Shown: positions 9,101 to 16,664, numbered from the stretch's first letter. The stretch is 27,922 nucleotides of DNA from Pseudomonadota bacterium (GCA_043767805.1 JAYUGC010000118.1:1-27922); one strand, 5' to 3'. The notes: generated by a model from the letters alone, not told the origin. Program-made: numbers and translations.

Positions 9101-9254
9101 AGACGAAAAATTACTTCCGGTGCTGAACCAGTTCAATGACTGGTTTGCCTTCTTGCCCCAGACGTCGCCGAACTACAGCCGGTACTCGCAGGCCAAGGCC
9201 ATCATGGATAAGTTGATTTCCGACATTTCCCGGCGCAAAAGCCCTGCTTCCTAA
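6198..9254 (+). CDS. Fused MFS-like membrane domain / spermidine-synthase-like class I SAM-dependent domain, paralog 2
   Basis: Colinear with 3197..6166 (LLGAQARATAVVL, PTFLMGGTLPLLTQGL, VIGFGTGIT, SEPSNPWV); SD GAGGA upstream of ATG. Confidence 0.88.
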   Translation: MQDYRSQGWSSLLKRESSVGPLPPAVSRGLLFAMVFASGAAGLIYQVVWHRYLTILLGAQARATAVVLAIFLGGISSGYLVFGRWTRWKKWNLLKVYALVELGLAIWAFFFPFAFGLAFPLTSKLYSWFGVQSLAIDVLVSVLLIGFPTFLMGGTLPLLTQGLARDLDEASQVHARIYGFNTVGACFGSLLAGYLLIPNFGLPTTGALAGTVNLLIAGLAYAFYARFSQESKGDESQPVDFQAKPMSLHTGILFAIGFCSGFYVLCLETVLIRIVGLSTGASDYNFTLIVSLFVFGLGFGSLLARRIGRYTEAHLFWNQLAVSSLLLLVYVSANRWPYWAHLTRIIFRDRIENFYYYQGALGLLFFCVLVVPVSVCGFVLPLCFHLLKDRQETLGFRVGQLYGLNTVGSVLGAIVGGYLFLYFINLDHLFKVCIGITLLMLALSAYSYWTLRKPSKLVFGTGMGIAGFVLIALFVVPPHDKENYLQPFRQQEPMAQSYLGTEAFRQFLGSASQIVFYKDGPNSTVIIGAQSRGGEEFSRTIFMNGKSDGNTEGDFHTMSLTGHIPALLARKLDRVAVIGFGTGITAGAILSYEDVRRMDIIEISETLIRNAHYFDRYNGGVSVHPKAHFHQMDAFRFLGGADHKYDLVVSEPSNPWVSGVENLYTQEFYDIAKKKLNPEGLYVQWVQGYAFEDKLTRMVLKTMSSKFKYVSVFQMMTSDFAIVASDKPIEYEDLVRSAERFKRNKNAQVGLARSGIRRFETVLAHEVIPSSLVPAITEGLEPIELENPVLSHEATKAFFVRDVVEIDRLRRYYKEYYPSANTFLLKKYLSEGTFSPDLIESFRYTFCENLVGKNTRLCVETFLMEQIYGKEARGVASYPLVIPESEKRQIADLIKPVKPSGPFTVLELQEVGLTFNTFKKYYSPLANFSFSPLLAQTDYCLSKTKRSEDLYGDCLLQKAAIIEVVDPRDEKLLPVLNQFNDWFAFLPQTSPNYSRYSQAKAIMDKLISDISRRKSPAS

Positions 9255-9613
9255 TTACGGGTCGTCTCGAAGGGGCCGGAGACCATTAAGGTGTGGCCGG
9301 AGCCAAGGCTTGAGAACGTAAAGCCGACCAGCGTGCGCAGGGCTTTGCCCGACTTGGGCTCCTGGTGGTCGTAGGAAAACTTCGCGCGCAGGAACTCGCA
9401 TTTGCCGTTCACGCGAAGCGAAGTCTTGGAAGCGGCGGCTGCCGAACACTCGTCCGTCTCGAGAATCTCGAGGGAGGGACGATCGGCTTTATGGTCGGGC
9501 GCCGGGGTAGCCATCAGGACGCCACCCCTATAGCTAATGGTAGGAAATCCCGCTTCCGCGGCCGGGGCCGCGGCAGAAAAAAGACCGAGAACGAGGAGCA
9601 AGAAGCGCGTCAT
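9251..9613 (-). CDS. Small secreted hypothetical protein
   Basis: Signal peptide MTRFLLLVLGLFSAAAPAAEA, two Cys, SD AGGAGG before ATG; 4-bp convergent overlap with paralog 2. Confidence 0.7.
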   Translation of the reverse strand: MTRFLLLVLGLFSAAAPAAEAGFPTISYRGGVLMATPAPDHKADRPSLEILETDECSAAAASKTSLRVNGKCEFLRAKFSYDHQEPKSGKALRTLVGFTFSSLGSGHTLMVSGPFETTRN

Positions 9614-9683
9614 GGGACCTCCTGAAAGAGGCCCTAAACTAACTTAAAAGGGGGAGCGGATCCAATAGGCAGATTGGAGCGGG

Positions 9684-11381
9684 TCAGCCGCCTTTGGTGA
9701 CGGCGAGCTCCAAGATACGGCGCGGGGTTAAGTTCTGGTCATTCTGATGGATTCTCCGGTACCAGTAATAGTTACGGAGCACAGAAGCCACATATTCCCG
9801 GGTCTCGCGGTAGGGAATGAGGTCGATGAAAAGGATGGGATCGGAAGCCGGATACCGCTGGGTCCAGGTGGCGATCTTGGCGGGGCCCGCGTTGTAAGCG
9901 GCGAGCGCGAGATGAATCTGCCCGTCGACCTGCTTTAAGAGCTTCAGCACGTAGTGCGCTCCGACTTCGACGTTGTCGTTCGGATCGAAGAGATTATTGT
10001 TTTTGCGAAGGAGCTCTCGCTTCACGGCGGGAAGTAGCTGCATCAGCCCATGCGCGTTCGCGGAAGAAACCGCCTTCACGTTGAACGCGCTCTCGCGCCG
10101 GGCGATGGAGATGAGCAGGTACGGATCGATGATGGAGGACTGGCGCTCGAAGATCGGGAAGAAAACTTTCGGGAAGTAGAGCTCCATGGTCTCTTTTGAG
10201 ACGAGATTCGGATTGTGATAGAGCACGTCCGAGAGAATCGAGATCTTGCCGTGGTAGTCGGCCTGCTCGCGCTTTAGCTCCGCGAGATAAATCTTCACTT
10301 CCGGCTCGATGCCGTAAGACTCGGCCACCGCCCAGTTGAGGACTTGAGCGGCCGACGTATCGAAGTTCAGCCGGTGCAAGACTTCTACCTGCTCGATGAG
10401 CGGGTTCACGAGCGGCATTTGATTGGAGCGGGTGGTTTGGTTGAGGCTCTTTTTCAGCAGTACCGCGCCCGGGTCTTCGCTCCGCGCGGTCATGGCGATG
10501 ATCGTGTGGAACGCGAAGGGATATTCCGTCTCGAGCTTCTCGAGGTATTTTTTCGCTTCGAGATCTTTCTTCCCTTCGGCCAAAACGCGGTAGAGCCAGT
10601 AAATGGGACGGGCGACGAAGCTGCTCGGAGTCGCGACCGCTTCTCTCAGGACGCGCTCGGCGTCTCCCATTTGTTTCGCGGCGTAGAAGAAGAGGGCGGA
10701 ACGCGTGAGCATGTTCTCGCGATCCGCCGTGTTGTTGACGATGCACATGCCGCCACGCTCGTAGAGCCGGCCGATGTCCTCGAGCTTCGCCTTATCGGGA
10801 AGGTGATCTTCCAAGAGGGACGCGACGGAGATGGCGACGTTATTGGGGCATTCCTTCTCTTTGATAGCCAAGTCTTTGAGGAGGTTCGCGTTCGGCAGAG
10901 ACAGGGACGCGACCCCGCGAAGGGAGGAGGAAACCGAAGCGAGTCTGAGCTCCACCCAGTTCGAGACTTTCCCTTTGCGGATCTTGGGGGTAACCCGGTG
11001 AAATTTTCTTCCGGAGGAAGCCGAGGCGGTGTGCTCTTTGCGCGCCTTAACTTTTTCCTCGAAGTACTCGCGGTTGATTACGCTGAAGCAAAAGAGATTT
11101 TCCGTGGGGGAAAGACGGCAGCTCTCCTCGAGCGCCTCCACTTCGGAATTGCTCAAGTTGTCCTTGAGGAAGGCGTTGAACTGTTTGGCCTTGGGATAGA
11201 AGGGGTCTTCTTCCACGTTGGGCGTGGGAAGGGCGGTTTCCGCCGCGCGCTCGGGGAGATCGACGCTCAAGGTAGCCCGGCTCTGGGATTGCGGCCCAGA
11301 GCAGCTAAATACCGACGCAATGACTAAAAGGAAAAATACCATGGCAAGGGGGTGAGGCCGAGGCGGCCCGGGACGAAACAT
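9684..11381 (-). CDS. Soluble lytic murein transglycosylase (SLT domain, Slt70-like), probable lipoprotein
   Basis: IARRESAFN, AHGLMQL, AAYNAGP, IPYRETREYV motifs; lipobox-like VFSC; start placed at ATG 11381 behind SD AAGGAG. Confidence 0.9.
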   Translation of the reverse strand: MFRPGPPRPHPLAMVFFLLVIASVFSCSGPQSQSRATLSVDLPERAAETALPTPNVEEDPFYPKAKQFNAFLKDNLSNSEVEALEESCRLSPTENLFCFSVINREYFEEKVKARKEHTASASSGRKFHRVTPKIRKGKVSNWVELRLASVSSSLRGVASLSLPNANLLKDLAIKEKECPNNVAISVASLLEDHLPDKAKLEDIGRLYERGGMCIVNNTADRENMLTRSALFFYAAKQMGDAERVLREAVATPSSFVARPIYWLYRVLAEGKKDLEAKKYLEKLETEYPFAFHTIIAMTARSEDPGAVLLKKSLNQTTRSNQMPLVNPLIEQVEVLHRLNFDTSAAQVLNWAVAESYGIEPEVKIYLAELKREQADYHGKISILSDVLYHNPNLVSKETMELYFPKVFFPIFERQSSIIDPYLLISIARRESAFNVKAVSSANAHGLMQLLPAVKRELLRKNNNLFDPNDNVEVGAHYVLKLLKQVDGQIHLALAAYNAGPAKIATWTQRYPASDPILFIDLIPYRETREYVASVLRNYYWYRRIHQNDQNLTPRRILELAVTKGG

Positions 11382-11390
11382 CGTCTCCTT

Positions 11391-11420
11391 ATTATAAGGG
11401 CCCGCGGGGGAAATTGGCAG
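11391..11420 (-). promoter_or_regulatory. Putative sigma70 promoter CTGCCA-N18-TATAAT for the lytic transglycosylase gene
   Basis: Perfect TATAAT directly upstream of the SD; weak -35. Confidence 0.3.
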
Positions 11421-11514
11421 CGACTTGGCCTGCCTCCCGCGCAAAAAACGTCACTCTGTAGGGCCGGGGAACAACGCCAGGCCCGGCCGGGGGGTGAATT
11501 CCTCAGGAAATCGG

Positions 11515-11531
11515 TTGGCCCCGCCTTTGCT
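11515..11531 (+). promoter_or_regulatory. Putative sigma54 (-24/-12) promoter TTGGCCCCGCCTTTGCT
   Basis: GG(11517-11518)-N10-GC(11529-11530) with TGGC and TTGC cores, about 65 bp upstream of the lipoprotein ATG; small hairpin TCGGAG..CTCCGA at 11547-11566 in the leader. Confidence 0.55.
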
Positions 11532-11594
11532 TTGTAGCGGGTCGAGTCGGAGTGACGACGCTCCGAGACTAGAGAGCAGAGAGTAGGGAGTTTT

Positions 11595-11915
11595 ATGAAG
11601 AAGATTTTCGCGGCCGTTTTAATGGTGTTTAGTCTGGTGCTGATCTCCTGCGGGCGTGATTGCCAAGTGGGTTACGGATACCAAGATCCTAGCTGCTCCG
11701 TGTACTACCCGCCGGCGACTCAGTATCCGACGCAGTACCCGAGCCAGTACCCGAGCCAGTACCCCACGCAATATCCGACGCAGTACCCCGCGGGCTACGT
11801 GCCCACGCAGTATCCGTCGCAATACCCAACTCAGTACCCGACGACGCCGAATCCGTATCCGGGTAACCCGTACTCGTACCCGTGCTCGCCGGCTAACCCG
11901 TATTGCTATCGTTAA
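11595..11915 (+). CDS. Small Tyr/Pro/Gln-rich repeat lipoprotein
   Basis: Signal peptide with lipobox LISC, SD GGGAG, QYP(T/S) repeats flanked by Cys pairs. Confidence 0.8.
   Translation: MKKIFAAVLMVFSLVLISCGRDCQVGYGYQDPSCSVYYPPATQYPTQYPSQYPSQYPTQYPTQYPAGYVPTQYPSQYPTQYPTTPNPYPGNPYSYPCSPANPYCYR
11721..11843 (+). repeat. Coding 12-bp tandem repeat (CAR TAY CCN plus Thr/Ser/Ala codon), 6+3 copies interrupted by GYVPT
   Basis: cagtatccgacg cagtacccgagc cagtacccgagc cagtaccccacg caatatccgacg cagtaccccgcg ... cagtatccgtcg caatacccaact cagtacccgacg. Confidence 0.9.
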
Positions 11916-12370
11916 TCTTCAGGCGTTATGAGTTGGGGAGGAGCCTCGAGCTCTTCCCTCTTCTTCTCGAACTCGCCGAGCTTAGCGTCGTAGTTCTTTT
12001 GCCGCTCTTTCCAGCTGGCTAGCTGTTTTTGGAGCGGAGCGCGCTGCGCCTCGATCTGATTCAGGCCGTCTTGAATGCCTTTTTGCAGGGCTTTGGCTTT
12101 TTCCGGGTCGGCTCCCTTTTCCTGTACGCCCGCGTACTTCGCTTTCAGGGTCTCGTGCTCTTTTTGAAGCTTATCCAAGGCCGCAAGCTCCGCGGTCAGC
12201 ACGTCGATGTTATGGGTCGCTGCGGCGAGGTTCTTTCTGGCCCTATCGATGTTCTGCCCCAGTGTCTGGACGTTTTTCTGGATACGAGTTTGGGCTTCCG
12301 GCTTTAGCGCAGGTTCCACCCCGAAGGCGGAAGTGAGCCAAAAGCAAAGCGCGAGTGAGAGAGCTTTCAC
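11912..12370 (-). CDS. Secreted coiled-coil hypothetical protein
   Basis: Signal peptide then K/E/Q/L heptad-rich helix; GTG start 8 bp after the TlpA stop. Confidence 0.72.
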   Translation of the reverse strand: MKALSLALCFWLTSAFGVEPALKPEAQTRIQKNVQTLGQNIDRARKNLAAATHNIDVLTAELAALDKLQKEHETLKAKYAGVQEKGADPEKAKALQKGIQDGLNQIEAQRAPLQKQLASWKERQKNYDAKLGEFEKKREELEAPPQLITPED

Positions 12371-12378
12371 GAGTTAGA

Positions 12379-13011
12379 TTATAACCGGGCTGCCGTGCGG
12401 AAGGTGCCGAGTACTTCTTCGGAGAGCCAGTTTTGCGGCCCGATCCACTTATGCCGCACGCCTCCCGTCGGCTCCACCCAATAGGTTTCCGGAAAGCGGG
12501 TTGTGCCCATCCGCGCGGAGAAGTATCCGTTAGGATCGTGCAAAACGAGTACGGTCGGCTTGTAATCGAGGGTTTCGAACAGCCCGCTGACGTCTTGAGA
12601 AGCTTCATCCACGGAGATGGTGACCAGAAGCGGGAGCTTTCCGGCGCCTCTCTGCTTATCGAGCTGGCGGTTCAAGTAATCGAGTGCCGGTAGCTCGTCG
12701 AGGCAAGGAGGGCACCAGGTGGCCCAAAAGTTCACGATGAGGCCGTCGGGCGACTGTGCCGCGAGATCGCCCAAGGAGATTTGCTGTCGGCCTTTAAGGG
12801 CCGCCGGAAGAGTGGCCGCGCCCGCCACCACGGGAAAAGAGTGGTCCATGGGAAAAACGGATTTTTCCCCGGCAGAAGTGGCCTCACTGGCCTGGAAATG
12901 GAATCGGGTTCTGCGGACCCAACCAGGCAAAAAAGCCAAAAGAACGAGAGTCCCTACTACGGCAAGGATCGAAGCAAACTGTACTCCGAATCTCCGCTTG
13001 GCCGTGGTCAC
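12379..13011 (-). CDS. TlpA/ResA-family membrane-anchored thiol:disulfide oxidoreductase
   Basis: N-terminal TM helix, VNFWATWCPPC, FPETY cis-Pro motif, GPQNW. Confidence 0.9.
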   Translation of the reverse strand: MTTAKRRFGVQFASILAVVGTLVLLAFLPGWVRRTRFHFQASEATSAGEKSVFPMDHSFPVVAGAATLPAALKGRQQISLGDLAAQSPDGLIVNFWATWCPPCLDELPALDYLNRQLDKQRGAGKLPLLVTISVDEASQDVSGLFETLDYKPTVLVLHDPNGYFSARMGTTRFPETYWVEPTGGVRHKWIGPQNWLSEEVLGTFRTAARL

Positions 13012-13020
13012 GGGGCCTCT

Positions 13021-13581
13021 TTATTCTTTGTCTTTGGCCTTGGCTTTTTTAGCTGGCTTGTCCGAAGGCGCTTTGTCCTTCGCGGCTTCCTTGGACGCCT
13101 TGGCCGGCTTATCCGCCGCGGCTTCCTTGGTATCCTTTTTCTTCGTCGGCTTCACGGGCGTCTTGGACTTCACCTTTTTGGCGTCGCCGACTTCAGGGAT
13201 GTACCGAATGAGGCACATGGGAGCGTTGTCGCCGGGACGATTGTCCGCGAGCTTCAAGATTTGCGTGTAGCCACCGGGCCGTGTTTCAAAGCGCGGGGCC
13301 AAGGTTCCGTAGAGTTTACGGACGGCGAGGTCGACACGGTTAGTCCCGTTGTCGCCCGTCTTGGTGTTACCCAAGAGCGAATAGACACGCCGGCGGCCGG
13401 CCAAGTTGCCCCGTTTCGCGAGGGTTACGATCCGCTCGGCGAACCAGCGCAATTCCTTCGCGCGGCCCGGAGTCGTCCGGATCGTCTCGTTCTCAATCAA
13501 AGCCAAGGTCAACGACCGGAACATCGCTTTGCGATAGTTCGAATCCCCGCCGAGTTTTCTTCCCGCTTTACCGTGTCTCAT
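13021..13581 (-). CDS. rplQ: 50S ribosomal protein L17 with Lys/Ala-rich C-terminal extension
   Basis: MRHGKAGRKLG..RPGGYTQILK..GDNAPM; follows rpoA. Confidence 0.97.
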   Translation of the reverse strand: MRHGKAGRKLGGDSNYRKAMFRSLTLALIENETIRTTPGRAKELRWFAERIVTLAKRGNLAGRRRVYSLLGNTKTGDNGTNRVDLAVRKLYGTLAPRFETRPGGYTQILKLADNRPGDNAPMCLIRYIPEVGDAKKVKSKTPVKPTKKKDTKEAAADKPAKASKEAAKDKAPSDKPAKKAKAKDKE

Positions 13582-13603
13582 ACTACTGCTTTCAAGGGTC
13601 TGG

Positions 13604-13654
13604 ATCCTTCGGCTATCGCCTCAGGATAAATTTGCCGGACCTCCGGCAAATTTA
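13604..13654 (-). promoter_or_regulatory. Two adjacent hairpins in the rpoA-rplQ spacer
   Basis: Perfect 13-bp inverted repeat TAAATTTGCCGGA/TCCGGCAAATTTA (13627-13654) and AUCCU-GA-GGC-GAUA-GCC-GA-AGGAU (13627-13604). Confidence 0.5.
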
Positions 13655-14692
13655 GTTAAGGGCTTCGCCCGTATCGGTCTTCTTCTTGTTGGCGAAGTAC
13701 GTCTCGGGATCGAAGGCTTCGATCTTCATTCCGAAACCAAGTCCCATGTCTCCAAGTATTTCTTTGATCTCGTTCAAGGACTTGCGACCAAAATTCTTCG
13801 TCTTGAGCATCTCCGCTTCGGTCTTCTGAACCAATTCGCCGATGTACTTGATCCCGGCGTTTTGGAGGCAGTTGGCCGAGCGAACGGACAATTCGAGCTC
13901 ATCGACAGTCCGGTAAAGGTTGTCGTTGATCTTTTCTTGCTCAATGACCGGAATCTCGACTTCGGGCTCGAGGCTCTCGTCGAAATTGATGAAGATGTTC
14001 AGCTGGTCCTTAAGGATCTTGGAGGCGTAAGCCACCGCGTCTTCGGGACGAACGGAACCGTCCGTGTGAACTTCCATCTCCAGCTTATCGTAATCGGTGT
14101 GCTGACCGACGCGGGCGTGTGAGACGTTGTAGTTCACTTTGCGGATGGGGGAGAAGAACGCGTCCACCGGGATTACGCCGGCGGGGAGGTCTTCACGGGC
14201 CATCTGTTCGGCGGGCATGTAGCCTTTGCCGTACTCGATCCGGAGCTCGGCGCGGAACTTACCTTCTTTACCGAGGGTAGCGACGTGCTGGCTGGGATTC
14301 AAAATTTCAACCGTGTCATCCACCTGGATGTCGGCGCCCGTCACGGGGCCGGCTCCGGTCTTTTCGATGACGACCGTCTTCGGGCCTTCCACGTACATCT
14401 TGAAGCGAAGCTCCTTGATGTTGAGGATGACGTCCGCCACATCTTCGACCACGTCGGAGAGGGAGGAGAATTCGTGCAACACTCCGTCGATACGGACCGC
14501 CGTCACCGCCGCTCCTTGGAGCGACGAGAGGAGAATCCGGCGAAGGCCGTTACCGATGGTGATACCGAACCCTCTTTCGAGAGGTCTGGCGGTAAACCGT
14601 CCGAAGTTATCCGTGAGGGAATCCCGATCGATTTCCAAACCCTTGGGCTTGATCAAACTGCGCCAGTTTTTAGGTGCGAGTGTAACGTCCAT
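13652..14692 (-). CDS. rpoA: DNA-directed RNA polymerase subunit alpha
   Basis: [46 protein letters not shown] 14692 behind SD AAGGAG. Confidence 0.98.
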   Translation of the reverse strand: MDVTLAPKNWRSLIKPKGLEIDRDSLTDNFGRFTARPLERGFGITIGNGLRRILLSSLQGAAVTAVRIDGVLHEFSSLSDVVEDVADVILNIKELRFKMYVEGPKTVVIEKTGAGPVTGADIQVDDTVEILNPSQHVATLGKEGKFRAELRIEYGKGYMPAEQMAREDLPAGVIPVDAFFSPIRKVNYNVSHARVGQHTDYDKLEMEVHTDGSVRPEDAVAYASKILKDQLNIFINFDESLEPEVEIPVIEQEKINDNLYRTVDELELSVRSANCLQNAGIKYIGELVQKTEAEMLKTKNFGRKSLNEIKEILGDMGLGFGMKIEAFDPETYFANKKKTDTGEALN

Positions 14693-14705
14693 TAACTTGT
14701 TCTCC

Positions 14706-15332
14706 TTAACGAGAGTAGAGCTCAACCACCAGGTTTTCCTCAACGGGAAGCGTGATGTGATTGCGCTCGGGGAGATACTTTACAGTGCCTTTGAATTCGG
14801 TCTTGTTCAGCTCGAGCCAATCCGGAATCTCGCGCTTGCCCACGTTTTCGAGGGCGCGGAGGATGGCTTTTTTCGTCTGACTTTTGGGAGCGACGGAAAC
14901 GACGTCGTTCACCTTGAGAATGATGTTGGACACGGAGACGGGCTTACCGTTCACCATGAAGTGGCCGTGGCTGACGAGCTGGCGGGCTTCCGCGCGGCTG
15001 TCGGCGAAACCGACCCGGTACACGACGCCGTCAAGACGGGTCTCGAGTACGCGGAGCAGGTTCAAGCCGGTAGAGCCCTTCTTGCGGCTCGCGATGTCGA
15101 AGTAGCGCGCGAACTGCGTTTCGAGAACGCCGTAAATGCGCTTCAACTTCTGCTTTTCGCGAAGCTGCAGACCGTAGTCCGAAAGCTTGGTGCGGCGCTG
15201 GCCGTGCTGGCCGGGCGGATAAGCGCGGCGCTCGAAACCACATTTGTCGGTGTAACAGCGGTCCCCCTTGAGGAACATCTTCATGTTTTCCCGACGACAC
15301 ATTTTGCAAACTGATTCGGTGGTTCTTGCCAC
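14706..15332 (-). CDS. rpsD: 30S ribosomal protein S4 (Cys-containing form)
   Basis: CKMCRRE..KGDRC..KC, PPGQHG, YGLQLREKQK, VELYSR; GTG start at 15332. Confidence 0.97.
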   Translation of the reverse strand: MARTTESVCKMCRRENMKMFLKGDRCYTDKCGFERRAYPPGQHGQRRTKLSDYGLQLREKQKLKRIYGVLETQFARYFDIASRKKGSTGLNLLRVLETRLDGVVYRVGFADSRAEARQLVSHGHFMVNGKPVSVSNIILKVNDVVSVAPKSQTKKAILRALENVGKREIPDWLELNKTEFKGTVKYLPERNHITLPVEENLVVELYSR

Positions 15333-15334
15333 GA

Positions 15335-15793
15335 TTAAACCCTTCTTTTCTTGGGAGGACGGCACCCGTTATGCGGAATGGGCGTTACGTCTCGAATATA
15401 AGTGATGCGAAGTCCAGCGGACTGCAAACCGCGCAAAGCCGATTCACGACCCGCTCCCGGTCCGTTCACGAAGACGGCGATGGTGCGAACCCCGTTATCA
15501 CCGGCAACACGTCCACAATCTTCAGCGGCGACTTGAGCGGCGAAGGGAGTGCTCTTACGAGCGCCCCGGAAGCCGCGCTTGCCAGCGGAAGACCAGGCCA
15601 CCACTCCGCCCGTAGGGTCGGCGATGGTGATGATGGTGTTGTTGAAAGAGCACTGGATGTGCGCGTGTCCGTGAGGAACGTCCCGTTTATTGGACTTCTT
15701 TTTACGGACGACTTCCTTGCCGGGCTCTTTCGCCGTCGTATCTTTTACTTCTTCCGTAGCTTCCGCTACGGGCTTCTCGGTCTCAGTACTCAC
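15335..15793 (-). CDS. rpsK: 30S ribosomal protein S11 with N-terminal extension
   Basis: [36 protein letters not shown]. Confidence 0.97.
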   Translation of the reverse strand: MSTETEKPVAEATEEVKDTTAKEPGKEVVRKKKSNKRDVPHGHAHIQCSFNNTIITIADPTGGVVAWSSAGKRGFRGARKSTPFAAQVAAEDCGRVAGDNGVRTIAVFVNGPGAGRESALRGLQSAGLRITYIRDVTPIPHNGCRPPKKRRV

Positions 15794-15804
15794 TCAATAC
15801 TCCA

Positions 15805-16188
15805 TTACTTCGAAACTTTGAGTTGTTTGCGTACGGCAACCGTCTTGCGAGGACCTTTGCGGGTGCGCGAATTGGTATGCGTCCGCTGTCCACGGACAGG
15901 AAGGCCCTTACGGTGCCGAAGACCACGGTAGGTACCGAGATCCATGAGGCGCTTGATATTCTGGTTGATGACCCGGCGGAGCTCGCCTTCCACCCGGTAG
16001 CTCTTCTCCAGATGGTCGCGAATCTTGGCGACTTCGTCTTCGCCGAGCTGATCCGTCTTCTTATTGGGGTCAATGCCAACAGTCTTCAAAATCTTGAGAG
16101 AGCTACTGCGAGCAATCCCATAGATATAGGTAAGACCGATTTCAATCCGTTTGTTTCTGGGGAGATCGACCCCGGCGATACGTGCCAC
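15805..16188 (-). CDS. rpsM: 30S ribosomal protein S13
   Basis: [36 protein letters not shown]. Confidence 0.98.
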   Translation of the reverse strand: MARIAGVDLPRNKRIEIGLTYIYGIARSSSLKILKTVGIDPNKKTDQLGEDEVAKIRDHLEKSYRVEGELRRVINQNIKRLMDLGTYRGLRHRKGLPVRGQRTHTNSRTRKGPRKTVAVRKQLKVSK

Positions 16189-16191
16189 TGT

Positions 16192-16305
16192 TTAACCCTG
16201 CCTCTGTTTGTGCCGTGGATCTTCGCAGCTCACGCGAACCACGCCACCACGTCTAAAGACCCGACACTTATTACAAATCTTCTTTACTGATGCTCGTACT
16301 TTCAT
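16192..16305 (-). CDS. rpmJ: 50S ribosomal protein L36 (37 aa, not in the ORF track)
   Basis: Manual translation [37 protein letters not shown]. Confidence 0.97.
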   Translation of the reverse strand: MKVRASVKKICNKCRVFRRGGVVRVSCEDPRHKQRQG

Positions 16306-16330
16306 ACTTTTTTGCCCAAATAGAGACAAC

Positions 16331-16359
16331 ATTTAGGCGAAGGATGGTTAAGTTGTCAA
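16331..16359 (-). promoter_or_regulatory. Possible internal promoter for rpmJ-rpsM-rpsK-rpsD-rpoA-rplQ
   Basis: Perfect TTGACA at 16359-16354 in an AT-rich 97-bp spacer; the -10 candidate (CTAAAT or TAAATG) is weak. Confidence 0.4.
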
Positions 16360-16402
16360 ATCCATTGCTCAAAGCATGGAAGACAACTAAGATTCCGCAG
16401 GC

Positions 16403-16621
16403 TTACTTGACCCTGTACGTAATCCTACCGCGCGTCAGGTCGTAAGGTGAGAGTTCTACCGTCACTTTGTCTCCGGCCAGGATGCGAATGTAGAACATTC
16501 GCATCTTTCCAGAGATGTGGGCTAGGACGGTTTTTCCGTTAACCAGCTGTACCCGAAACATCGCGTTCGGCAGTGGCTCCAGTACCGTCCCCTCGACCTC
16601 GATCCTATCGTCCTTCGCCAT
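16403..16621 (-). CDS. infA: Translation initiation factor IF-1
   Basis: [39 protein letters not shown]; 72 aa from ATG 16621. Confidence 0.97.
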   Translation of the reverse strand: MAKDDRIEVEGTVLEPLPNAMFRVQLVNGKTVLAHISGKMRMFYIRILAGDKVTVELSPYDLTRGRITYRVK

Positions 16622-16664
16622 AGGGTCTACTATCCAGTCCTCATGTTTGAGGACATTTGCTCCT

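Noticed and set aside
3197..9254. Assigning the gene symbol speE
   Set aside because: Aminopropyltransferase-specific acidic residues are missing, so function is not supported
3434..11327. Alternative-frame or antisense ORFs in the fusions and the Slt gene (3434..4291, 4727..5740, 9994..10746, 10344..11327)
   Set aside because: Arg/Gly-rich non-protein-like composition and nested in confident CDSs
11721..11843. Tandem repeat as CRISPR array or as RiPP precursor for the radical SAM enzyme
   Set aside because: 12-bp in-frame units without spacers; the protein has a lipoprotein signal and lies over 8 kb from a cytoplasmic enzyme lacking an evident RRE
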